Positions 40,164 to 49,458 are shown, counted from the first letter of the stretch. The stretch: 61,041 bases of DNA from Hyphomicrobiaceae bacterium (GCA_050245975.1 JBFWWW010000001.1:1-61041); one strand, 5' to 3'. A program made the numbers and translations. The notes: a model not told the origin generated them from the letters alone.

Positions 40164-41000
40164 ATGGCCGCCGAAAGGCGACCCATGCGACGGCCACTCT
40201 CTACCAACAGCATCGACCCGGCACTGCTAGACGCGATCATCGCGGCCGTCCGTGACGGCGTGCGGCAAGAGCTTGCGGCCGGGCCCAACACCCTCAACGG
40301 TGGTCCACAGCCCCAGCTGATGCGGCTGCAGGACGCGATGAAGGTGCTCGCGGTCAGCCGGTCAGGGATCTATCGCCTGTTCGGCTCCGGCGACCTCACG
40401 CCGGTCAAGCGCGGTCGCTCGACCTTGATCGCTCGCGCTGAGATCGAAGCACATGTCGCGCGCCTCAGAAATCCGAACGGCGGCGTGCCCACAGGCCCCT
40501 TTGCCCGCTGTGCCGAATCGCTACGTGCCCTCGGCCTCGCCATTATACCGTGCGATGCCGCATCCAAGCGCCCTCTGGTCGGCGGATTTACGAAGTGGCG
40601 TGCGTCACCAGCCGCTGTGACCGTCGCCAACTGGGCCCGCAGGTTTCCGGCCGCGAACCTCGGCATTGCATGCGGCCTCAGCGGTGTGGTCGTTGTAGAC
40701 ATCGACGACGTGACCATGATCGATGCCGCCATCTTGCACTTCGGCCCCACCCCATTACGCGTGCGCACACCGTCCGGCGGCGCGCATCTTTACTATCGGA
40801 ACGCGACAGGGCAGCGGAGCCGTAACCTGCGTTCCAGCCACGGTGCGGCCATTGATCTTAAGGCCGTCGGCGGCTTCGTCCTCGTGCCGCCTTCCGTTGG
40901 CGCAGAAGGGGCGCGCTACGAATTCGAAAGCGGCGATTTCACCCTGCTCGACAGCGTTCCGCCGTTCGATCCTGCGGCGCTCGCACGGCCATTCCCATGA
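40164..41000 (+). CDS. AlpA/excisionase-type HTH fused to a bifunctional primase-polymerase (PrimPol) domain
   Basis: LMRLQDAMKVLAVSRSGIYRLFGSGDLTPVKRGRSTL (MerR/AlpA-like HTH) is followed by LAIIPC..KRP, GVVVVDIDD, TPSGGAHLYY and GGFVLVPPS (PrimPol motifs). Start ATG 40164 or 40185. Confidence 0.75.
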   Translation: MAAERRPMRRPLSTNSIDPALLDAIIAAVRDGVRQELAAGPNTLNGGPQPQLMRLQDAMKVLAVSRSGIYRLFGSGDLTPVKRGRSTLIARAEIEAHVARLRNPNGGVPTGPFARCAESLRALGLAIIPCDAASKRPLVGGFTKWRASPAAVTVANWARRFPAANLGIACGLSGVVVVDIDDVTMIDAAILHFGPTPLRVRTPSGGAHLYYRNATGQRSRNLRSSHGAAIDLKAVGGFVLVPPSVGAEGARYEFESGDFTLLDSVPPFDPAALARPFP

Positions 41001-41572
41001 GCGTGGGCCGCATTCCCGAAGGCCGGCGCAACGATGCTTTGTTCGCGCACATGCTCCGCGTTGCCAGAACAGCAGAGAGCATGGACGCGCTCCTTCAGGC
41101 CGCGCGCGCCTTTAATCGCGACTACCTGGAGCCGCCGCTGTTGGAGGACGAGGTCGAGCGGACTGCGGGCAGCGCGTGGCGTTATCAACGGGAGGGACGG
41201 AACTTCGTCGGCCAGGGGGGAGTGGTGCTCATCACGCATGAGGAACTGGACGATCTGCTCCGGCAGCGTCATGGCGCCGAAGCGGTTGCGCTCCTGGCCC
41301 TTCTCCGGCGCCAGCACGGTGCGAGGCAGCAGCCGTTCGCCGTCTCCTGCGACGCCATGGCCGCCGCGCGCACCATCGCCTGTTGGCCGAACCCGCGCAA
41401 ATACCGCCGCGCCCGAAACCTGCTGCATCGGCGCGGCCACCTGGAGCTGGTGTCGCCGTCCGGCACGAACCCGGACGGAACGTTCCGGCCCGCACAGTGG
41501 CGGCATCCATCGGCAAAATTTACCCGGAATAGAACCAACATCCCCGCCCCCTGCCCCCGAGGCAGAAGATGA
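40997..41572 (+). CDS. primase C-terminal (PriCT-1-like) domain protein
   Basis: IPEGRRNDALFAHMLRVAR...DEVERTAGSAWRY is the PriCT-1 pattern. ATGA overlap with the PrimPol stop. Confidence 0.65.
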   Translation: MSVGRIPEGRRNDALFAHMLRVARTAESMDALLQAARAFNRDYLEPPLLEDEVERTAGSAWRYQREGRNFVGQGGVVLITHEELDDLLRQRHGAEAVALLALLRRQHGARQQPFAVSCDAMAAARTIACWPNPRKYRRARNLLHRRGHLELVSPSGTNPDGTFRPAQWRHPSAKFTRNRTNIPAPCPRGRR

Positions 41573-42618
41573 ACGAGCGCGCGCGTGAGCATCCAAGACG
41601 CGGAGCCCCTATGGCCGTCGTGACGCCGGAACGCATCATCGTGAGGCTGGCGGCGGTGGCGTCTGCAGCATTGCTCATCATCAGCATCGCCATCACGTTC
41701 GAGGTCGGCAAGTCGTTCGGCCGCACGGACGTCGAGGCGCAGCTTTACGGCGCCGCCTGCGCGTTCGCCGATGCGCTCAAGGCGCTGTTGTTCACACTGT
41801 CGGCCTCTGCCTTCCGCAAACGCCGCCGCACCATGGCCATCACAGGGTTCGCGCTGTTCCTGTTGCTGACGACGTTTTCGTTCTCGTCGACAGTCAGCTT
41901 CGGGCTCGCGGCCCGCACTTTCGCTGGCGACGTACAGATCCTTCAGGCCGAACAGAACAAGTCGGCGATCTCCGCCTTGCGTGACGATCAGGGTGAGCTG
42001 GCGCGCATCCGCAACCGACTCCGCGAACCTGACCTGTCCATCCGCGAGCGTCGCGAACTCGAACGGCGTAATCATGATCTCGCCACCGCTGTTGCCGACC
42101 GCCAGCGTCAGCTTGCCCTTGCACCCCGCATTATCACAGCCACCACACAGTCGGACGCACTTGCCCGCATGCTAGGCGTCGCACCCGAAACCGCCACGGT
42201 CGGACTGGCCATGCTGCTCGCGCTGGCGATGGACCTGGGGCCAGGCATCGGTCTGGCGATTGCGACCGCGATGCTCGGTGCGGACAAGCCTTCGCGGCGG
42301 CCGGCGAAGGTTCGGGCCCTGCGGTCCGACCAGAAGCAGCAGCCGAAGGTCCGGCCGAATGCCGAACGGTCCAAGGTCGAAAGGTCCGTCAGCAATTTCC
42401 TGCACGAGCGCACGGTCAAGAGCGGAACTACTGCCGCCACTGAACTGTTCAGCGCGCATCTGACCTACTGCGCAAGCCAGGGCTTGCCGTCCATCACCCA
42501 GCGCGCCTTCGGCGACGCCATGCGGCAACTCGGATACGAAAAGGACCGGCGCACGGCATCAGGACGCGTGCGCTATCTGGGGCTGACGCTGGTCGAAGAA
42601 GCGCGCACCGCAGCCTGA
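41569..42618 (+). CDS. membrane / coiled-coil protein with a C-terminal soluble domain, unknown function
   Basis: Hydrophobic segments (AAVASAALLIISIAITF, ITGFALFLLLTTFSF, LAMLLALAMDLGPGIGLAIATAML), a central Arg/Glu-rich helical stretch and a conserved C-terminus (...FGDAMRQLGYEKDRRTASGRVRYLGL). ATGA-coupled to the PriCT gene. Confidence 0.6.
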   Translation: MNERAREHPRRGAPMAVVTPERIIVRLAAVASAALLIISIAITFEVGKSFGRTDVEAQLYGAACAFADALKALLFTLSASAFRKRRRTMAITGFALFLLLTTFSFSSTVSFGLAARTFAGDVQILQAEQNKSAISALRDDQGELARIRNRLREPDLSIRERRELERRNHDLATAVADRQRQLALAPRIITATTQSDALARMLGVAPETATVGLAMLLALAMDLGPGIGLAIATAMLGADKPSRRPAKVRALRSDQKQQPKVRPNAERSKVERSVSNFLHERTVKSGTTAATELFSAHLTYCASQGLPSITQRAFGDAMRQLGYEKDRRTASGRVRYLGLTLVEEARTAA

Positions 42619-42872
42619 CCGGCCGTCGCGAGCCGCAGGGTGAACGGGGTGTGAAGGTTCGGCCGAATGTTCGACCCGATGACCATTTGACGAACCGTGC
42701 GCCGCGAATGTTCGGGAGCCTTGAAGGTTCAGGAGCAGGAACCAGAAGGATCAAGGATTTTCAAAACGCTGAACCTTCGGGCAGGGCGGTCGCAAGATCC
42801 AGGCTGATCGCCGCGCACGTCGCTCCTTACAGGCCCGGTCGTGGTTTAGACTTCACCAACAGGAGATCCCTC

Positions 42873-43643
42873 GTGACGACACCCCCAACGCCCGCCCACA
42901 AGGAAATTCCACAGTCAGAGAAAGCCCGCCGCGGGCCCGAACCCCAACCGAAGAGGGCCGGCCGGCCGCGGAAGAAAACCACAGGACCCGCCGTCTGCCT
43001 CGTGCTCGACAAGTCGGGGTCGATGGAAGGGATGGCAGGCCAAGCGCTGACGGCGGTCAACAACTATATCTCGGCGGCGAAGGCCGATAAGAACCTACGC
43101 AAGGGCACGCTCTCGATCCTGCTCTTCGACAGCGCTTCGCTCGAGTGGATACGCAAGACCGTACCGATGGCCAAGATCGAGATCGTGACCGACAAGGAGT
43201 ACATTCCGCACGGGCTCACGCCGCTCTATGATGCCATCGGCGCCGGCATTGATCATTTGGGCGATGCGGAAAAGGCCGTGCTGGTCATTATGACGGACGG
43301 GCACGAGAACGACAGCAAGACCTACAACTTGAAGCAGATACAGGACCGTATCGAGGCGGCCAAAGCCAAGGGCTGGCTGGTCCTGTTCCTTGGCGCCAAT
43401 CTGTCCGTTGCTTGTCAGGGCGCGGTGATGGGTATGGGGCCGAACTCGGTCGCCGCTTATGCCGGCGCGCCTGGTTTGCGCGCCTCAGGCATCGCGCTGT
43501 GCCAAACCCTGAGCAACTACGCGGCCGCACGATCCTTTGACGAACAGCTTGTCGCGTCCAGTGCTGGATGGACGGCACAAGCCCGTGCGCTGATGAGCGA
43601 CGCGAACCGGCCCGTGCGTTCGAGGGGCCGCGACCACAAGTAA
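42873..43643 (+). CDS. von Willebrand factor type A (vWA) domain protein
   Basis: MIDAS motif LVLDKSGSM, later TPLYDAIG and VIMTDGHEN. Basic N-terminal GRPRKK stretch. GTG 42873 follows AGGAGA. Confidence 0.75.
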   Translation: MTTPPTPAHKEIPQSEKARRGPEPQPKRAGRPRKKTTGPAVCLVLDKSGSMEGMAGQALTAVNNYISAAKADKNLRKGTLSILLFDSASLEWIRKTVPMAKIEIVTDKEYIPHGLTPLYDAIGAGIDHLGDAEKAVLVIMTDGHENDSKTYNLKQIQDRIEAAKAKGWLVLFLGANLSVACQGAVMGMGPNSVAAYAGAPGLRASGIALCQTLSNYAAARSFDEQLVASSAGWTAQARALMSDANRPVRSRGRDHK

Positions 43644-43997
43644 GGTTCACTGCTGAGGTCGTCTCGCTTCACCAGATCGCGGTCTGCATGGCATGGCTGA
43701 TCAGGCGGCGCGATATAGCAGCAAGGTCCGGGATGGGCAGCTCGCCGGTACGATTTCAGGAGCGCACACCCTTCGCTTGGCCCCTAGCTCCGGCGGGGCG
43801 GCGCGCTCACGCTGCCGAAATCCTGTTGCGCGTGCGCTCTTTTTCTGGCTCGGCTTTGGCACACAGGCAAGCATGGTATGGAGACGATCAGCGCAAGGAT
43901 CGTCACATGTGGCCCAACAGACGCGGCATGGTCCAGGCCCAAATTGCTTGGTACTCTTGGTACTGTTGTATCGTTGCTGACAATTTGGGAGGGTCTC

Positions 43998-44225
43998 ATG
44001 CGCATCGTGATTGCCTTCATTGTGCTGATGGGGTCCGTCACATTCGCAGAAGCCGCATGCAAGGGCCAAACGGTGATGCGGCCCACCAAGAACGGCGCCA
44101 TGCGTGAAGTCTGTTTGGACGGCAAATACACGACTTGTATTCGAGACAGCCGGACGGGCGGTTGGACGCAGGCCGAGGCGAAGGCATTTTGCGACAAACG
44201 GAGGGCTGCTGGCGCCATCAAGTAG
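43998..44225 (+). CDS. small secreted Cys-containing protein (75 aa)
   Basis: MRIVIAFIVLMGSVTFAEA signal peptide, four cysteines in the mature part, and GGGAGGG RBS before ATG 43998. Confidence 0.5.
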   Translation: MRIVIAFIVLMGSVTFAEAACKGQTVMRPTKNGAMREVCLDGKYTTCIRDSRTGGWTQAEAKAFCDKRRAAGAIK

Positions 44226-44380
44226 CGCCTGCAGGGCCGGCCGAACGGACCGCATGCCCGCCGACCTGCCGCGTGCGGCCTGGACGGTGTGGCTCAGCGA
44301 AATCGACGCATCGGACATGGACGTAAAGACGCTGGTGCAGACCTATGACGATGCGGGCACCTGGAGCATGTCTCGCGCTT

Positions 44381-45054
44381 CGTGATGATCAACATGAGCT
44401 GGCACGCATCCGACAAGACTGAGCGAACCAGACCTATCGGCTCGCGAACGCCGTGATCTTGATCATCGCAATCAGGATCTGGCTGCGACTGTTGCCGACC
44501 GCCAGCGGCAGCTTGAGCTTGCGCCGCGCATCATAACAGCAACGACCCAATCAGATGACCTGGCGCACATGGTGGGCCTCGCGCCGGAGATAGTGACGTT
44601 CGCGCTCTCTGGTCTCCTGGCCCTGAGCCTGGATGTCGGTCCCGCCATCGGATTCGCGCTCGCGGGCGCGCTTCCGAACCACAGCGAACCTTCAAGATCG
44701 AAGCCGAAGGTTCGTCCCCGGAAGCCACCTGCACCGCCGCCGATGTCAAACGCCGCCGCCCGACCGTCCGGCACCATGCCGAACCATGCAGTCCGGGTTG
44801 ATCATTCGAACATCGACCGTTCGGTGTCGAACTTTCTGCGCGGACACGCGGTTGGACGCGGAGCAATCGACGCAACCGAACTGTTCGGCACCTATCAGGC
44901 CTACCGCGATACCCTCGAGCTGGCACCCGTTAGCCAGCGATCCTTCGGCGACGCCATGCGCCGGCTCGGGCATGCCAAGGATCGCCGAACCGCATCCGGA
45001 CGCGTCCGCTATCTGGGCATATCGCTGACCAGGGAAGCGCGCGTCGCCGCCTGA
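44381..45054 (+). pseudogene. 5'-truncated, degenerate paralogue of the 41569..42618 gene
   Basis: The nucleotide and protein similarity is visible by eye (e.g. DRSVSNFL..., FGDAMRRLGHAKDRRTASGRVRYLGI vs FGDAMRQLGYEKDRRTASGRVRYLGL). In-frame stops occur at the 5' end (TGATGA at ~44384). Only ORF 44569..45054 is open. Confidence 0.7.
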
Positions 45055-45725
45055 CTGGCCGTCCCTCGCACGCCCCCGAAACTTCGGCCGAATATTCGCT
45101 CCCGACGACTGTTGAGTAGCGCTACCCGAATATCTTGCAAGCTTGAAGGACTTAGGAACAGCAAGCCGAATGTTCAATAAAATTCAAAGGATTGAACCTT
45201 CGAACAGTGCGGTCGGACCACATCCGGCGGAGCGTTCTGCCGGGCCCGCCGCGTCTGCAGGCTGGGGGCTCGGTCATGGTCCAATGGCGAGAGCCTACAC
45301 GACGACGCGAAGGCGGAATTTCCGTCAGCGCCACGCCGGCATTCACGGCCTCCGAAAAACGACCGTTTGTGGGAGGCTGTGCGAACTGGGGAAGACGCGA
45401 TTGACCCAAAGCTGTCCAAGCTCTTCGCGAGATGCGGATGGCCATATGCGTTCCGCACTCGTCGCAACATGCAGCCGGGATCTCGACCGGCCTAAACCGA
45501 TACAGGTGGACTGGTAGACAACGGCGCGGGATATCGTTCTCTGGCCGCGTTGGCTACACTGTCGTGTTCGCAGCCGCCCTCGCGCTTTCATGCAGTTTGC
45601 ATCGGTGGACACGTGCGTCTCCAGGCGCCATGATCAGAAAGGGCTTGCGGACTGCCTTGCAAAAATCCCACTGGGGCTCCATCTGGCGCCCAGACATCGA
45701 GAGCAGAACGTTGCTCCTCGCCAAC

Positions 45726-47363
45726 CTACGCTGCTGCTTCTCTCGCCATCGTTCCCAGAAGCGCGGGCGCAAACATCTGATGAAAGCGGACGCTAGACTC
45801 TGGAACCAGTTCGGAATCTTCAACTGTTGGCGTGTCGGTGTGCGCGTACCTAATTTTATCTTCTGGTGATTTGCGAACGCCTATGGCCCCGATCCGATAA
45901 AGCACCCGAACCATGCGCCTCACCAAATTGAACTCTGAGTTCTCGCTCGACAACAGATACGCTTCAGCAAACGAGTAGAATGGGTCGCGGCGGTTTTGAT
46001 CCTCAATGAGGATTGCTTGCACTAGATCTTGCAGCTCTGGCCCCTTGGACAGCACCTCAAGCGTCGTTGGCTGCGGGAATTTCGCGAAGTACTCGATTGC
46101 TAGGGGCATGCAGGGATAGGTCGTTGCCCACTCGTCCTTCAACGCGCCATATCTTCCGATGGAATATTCCCGCTCTACCTCCCTGACAATGCTTGCACTG
46201 ATTTCTTTCTTCCCCTCCGCCGCTTGCAAGCAGAGATTTACATAGGCGAGAAAATCGCGAGGTCGATGGAGCGTGCGGTCAACTATGAAACCAGCCAAAG
46301 TTTGATTCCCAATCTTGCGCGGGAAAAGGTCAGCGAAGGTCAGCTTGACGCCCCGCAGCTTCCTATTCGACATATGTTGAAGGCGCTCAGACACCATGTG
46401 CATCAGCAGAACTGGCGTCCACTTCAGTTCAACCGCGTAATCGTCATGCTTCTCTCGCTGAAAACCAGCGTCTTTAGTCTCTTGCAGAACTCGCTCAAGA
46501 ACATCTGTTCGCAACGCAACAACAATTTTTAGCTTCCGAATTTTCCGAAATCCACGAAGCGTCTCGATGAGCGCTCGGATCATGCGGAACCTGATTTTGT
46601 CGTCGACCCACTGCTCGTCCAATCGATCAATCAGGATGAAGTGCTTAACATTCTTGTCTTCATCATCAGCCAATAGTCCGACGAGGTTGGACAGCTGCGA
46701 TAATTGCTCAGCCGTTACTATCTTTCTAAATCGAACTCCGATCTCTTTCTTTTCTTCTGTCGTCAGATCTCGTGCGGAACTGGCCTTGCTTTCGTTGTAG
46801 CCAATCGCGCCTTCAAGTTTCTTCGTTATCCTCTGCATTACCTCCTTCATGTTCTCATCGATTGCGATCCAAAATTTACCTTCGTACTGCTGAAGGTAGG
46901 TCAACGCGGCGGCGCGCCTTTCGTCTTTTGAGATCATCTTCTCAAGACGCGAGAGAAACACCAACCACTTTTTTTGATCTTTGACGTTATAGCGAAGCCG
47001 TATGTACTCCACGCAAAGTACGTGCTTCCAAATCACCTGGAAGAGCAGGTCGATATCCGCGCCAACTTCATTGAGATACGTGAGCACAGTCGAGTTGGAG
47101 ATGTACTCCATCGATATGCTTATCGGATCGATCTCAGAGATTTTTCCGAAGTTATTCTGTATGCCGTTCAGGATGGCGGTCTTCCCGGCCCCGGTACGGC
47201 CGAGTGCGATCATTCTGGGCGAATCGAAATTCGTGAGGTCGTCGTAGGCAGGCGTGCGGATGAAGCACGACTGAAGGAATTCATCGTCCGCTTCCGCCGA
47301 GTTCTTGCCTATCGATAAGCCCGGCGGAAGAGTGTCTGCTGGGCCGGATGGAGAATCCGCCAT
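45726..47363 (-). CDS. stand-alone P-loop NTPase (545 aa), unknown function, AT-rich
   Basis: Walker A GRTGAGKT, Walker B HFILIDRLDEQW, downstream KIVVALRTDV and a RPRDFLAYVN motif, plus a long alpha-helical C-terminal half. Codon usage is visibly AT-richer than all flanking genes. Confidence 0.8.
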   Translation of the reverse strand: MADSPSGPADTLPPGLSIGKNSAEADDEFLQSCFIRTPAYDDLTNFDSPRMIALGRTGAGKTAILNGIQNNFGKISEIDPISISMEYISNSTVLTYLNEVGADIDLLFQVIWKHVLCVEYIRLRYNVKDQKKWLVFLSRLEKMISKDERRAAALTYLQQYEGKFWIAIDENMKEVMQRITKKLEGAIGYNESKASSARDLTTEEKKEIGVRFRKIVTAEQLSQLSNLVGLLADDEDKNVKHFILIDRLDEQWVDDKIRFRMIRALIETLRGFRKIRKLKIVVALRTDVLERVLQETKDAGFQREKHDDYAVELKWTPVLLMHMVSERLQHMSNRKLRGVKLTFADLFPRKIGNQTLAGFIVDRTLHRPRDFLAYVNLCLQAAEGKKEISASIVREVEREYSIGRYGALKDEWATTYPCMPLAIEYFAKFPQPTTLEVLSKGPELQDLVQAILIEDQNRRDPFYSFAEAYLLSSENSEFNLVRRMVRVLYRIGAIGVRKSPEDKIRYAHTDTPTVEDSELVPESSVRFHQMFAPALLGTMAREAAA

Positions 47364-47403
47364 CTCGAACCTCTCCTCAGTATCAGTTAAGCAAATTAGC
47401 TCA

Positions 47404-47720
47404 CTAAGAGAGTAGCAAAGAGGACGTTTGCACCAAAGCCGACGTAACTACTATGCTGCCCGTATCCACAAAGAAGTCGAGCGGGACTGGTTTGCGGGCG
47501 ACACGGGCACGGGCTGCCGACAGGCCGGCAACGCTCCCGGATGATGCCCCGCTCGAACTCCGCCAATGCAGCAAAGTATGTAAACGCCAGCCGCCTGACA
47601 GGAAGTCGGTCGGTATCGGTGGATTCCGGTCCCTTACGTTGGGCGCGCAGAGGAGTGGCTTGCAAAGAGCGTAAGCAGACCGGCGAGCCTTGCATTGGAC
47701 ATCCACCGGCGGCAATGGTG
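47404..47720 (-). pseudogene. serine recombinase (resolvase) remnant
   Basis: Fragments FAALAEFERGIIRER and, in a second frame, AGLSAARARVARKP. There is no catalytic N-terminal domain and the frames are broken. Confidence 0.5.
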
Positions 47721-48092
47721 GCTCGCGCGGCGGCCACGACTAAGTCAGTCTGGCGGCAGAGGAAGGCGGGGATCTGAACCAAATTCGCTACAGCCGCTAG
47801 GCGCTAGAGGGCAATCCTTTCATAATCGGCTAGTTCGTAGCGCATGCGCCGAGTGCCCAGTTTGGAAGCTTGAAAATCACAGGGGCCTGGCCAGACGCAA
47901 CGCTTTCGGACACGCCTCGATTGGACGCTTCCGGGTAGAAGCGGGCATCATGCAGCCGACAATCGCTGCTGAAACCGTCGAAAATGACCCGTCACGACTA
48001 TTCATAATTCGTTCCATGCCCGTCTGGTTCTCATCTCATTACGGTCGGGCTGCACGTGAAAGGACTAGGCACCATAGCTCAGCGCCGGTCGC

Positions 48093-48640
48093 CTATTCCG
48101 GCGTATTTACGATCAATCTCATCCCCGCGTCGAATGCGTCGAGTTTCCGCAGTTCACCGTGGCGGCGGTCCCATATGCCGGTAGCCAAATCATGCTCGAT
48201 CGCAGCCACGACCCGGTCGACGACCTCGGGCTGCATACGCGCAAATCCAGATGTCCCCTGGCGTGCCCGAGCATCCAACACACGGTCGGGGTGCGCCCAG
48301 AACGACATCAGCGACCAATCAGGGGTGTCCCGGCGCACAGGCAGTACCACAACGTGGGTGTTCCCCCCAACCAAGTGGCGAACTGCTCGATCGGCGGAAA
48401 GATCTTTCGATCAAGCTCCGCTACTTCGGGAAGGTACTCAGCCATCAGCCACATCGCCCCGTGGACCTCGGCATCGGCTGTCAAGACAACGATGGGTCCG
48501 GTCGCAACACGGCGCATCTCGCGAACCCCTCGCTCCTGCTCTTGGTCCCAGTGATGGACCGTGAGCACTGCCATGGCAGCGACGGACGGGCATCGCGCGG
48601 CACCGTTGTGCATCGACGGTGGTCAGGCCTAGACCCCACG
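48093..48640 (-). pseudogene. class I SAM-dependent methyltransferase remnant (frameshifted, motif I region lost)
   Basis: ORF 48308..48613 (AVLTVHHWDQEQERGVREMRRVATGPIVVLT) and ORF 48093..48374 (the C-terminal part) lie in different frames. Confidence 0.5.
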
Positions 48641-48870
48641 GTGTTCGTCCAAAACCAGGGCATCCAGCTTGATATAACGTGCAGACCCCCGACCAAGGGA
48701 CTGCACGACAAGATCCCGTATGCTTTGGCCGTCACATTGGAAGTTGGAATTACCTCTGCGATCGATGTCTATGCCGATTTCAATGTGCGTGTGCACGCTG
48801 GTGAGCCCATCGTCATTCGCCCAGGTGGCCGACCGCCTGAATGATTTGGAGAACGCCGACCGGGCATCGC

Positions 48871-49458
48871 TCAGTATTTGGAGTCGTCGAGCACGCTGCG
48901 CGCTTCCGGCCAACCCGCCGCGATCGCAGCCTGTATGTGCTCAATTAGCTCAGTCTTGGATGGTTGATTGCTTAAGCTGCCGGCGTTGATGCTATGCGTA
49001 TGGATGCCTGCCCTAAGTTCAGCGGGGGAAAGCTTCTCTAGCTCAATCCGCCGTTGCAACGGGTTAGCAAGTCGCAACACATCTTCGAGCGGGCGCCCAG
49101 GAGCTTTGGTTTTTCCTTTAGGCGCTTTCACCGCTTTCGGCGTCGGCTGCGCCTTTCCCGAAATAAGCAGGCTCAAATGACCGCGCAGAGCAGATGCCCC
49201 AAGGTCTTTGAGACCCGGCAGATTCGGATCGAGCTTCTTGGCTAGGGCGGGAATGTCCTTGTCAACTTGCCGCTTCAGGTACCAGACGATGAAATCGTCA
49301 CCTGCTGCCTTCTGTACTTCCTGATAGCGTTGCAGTGCAGCGCCTTTCAACGCGGTGGACTTTAGCCACTTTGCGATCGTGTCTTGAAACGCTGTGTTAA
49401 GGTCGGGCTTCGTGCGGATGATGTCCGCGAGGGCCTTGGCTAGCTGGGATCCGTCCAT
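48871..49458 (-). CDS. 195-aa protein with Lys/Pro-rich linker and C-terminal HeH/Rho-N/SAP-like motif
   Basis: ATG 49458 (MDGSQLAKAL) is preceded by GAGGGGGG. The C-terminal LSPAELRAGIHTHSINAGSLSNQPSKTELIEHIQAAI resembles helix-extension-helix DNA/RNA-binding motifs. Overlaps the ParA-like ORF by 62 nt. Confidence 0.55.
   Translation of the reverse strand: MDGSQLAKALADIIRTKPDLNTAFQDTIAKWLKSTALKGAALQRYQEVQKAAGDDFIVWYLKRQVDKDIPALAKKLDPNLPGLKDLGASALRGHLSLLISGKAQPTPKAVKAPKGKTKAPGRPLEDVLRLANPLQRRIELEKLSPAELRAGIHTHSINAGSLSNQPSKTELIEHIQAAIAAGWPEARSVLDDSKY

Noticed and set aside
39679-40197. 172-aa minus-strand ORF in the gap between the aminotransferase and PrimPol genes
   Set aside because: It runs through the palindrome and promoter-like region, has no motifs and has odd composition. 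The region is more likely regulatory or non-coding. A short real gene here cannot be excluded.
47695-48564. 289-aa plus-strand ORF
   Set aside because: It is Arg/Ser/Pro-rich and antisense to the methyltransferase remnant. There is no RBS or domain signature.
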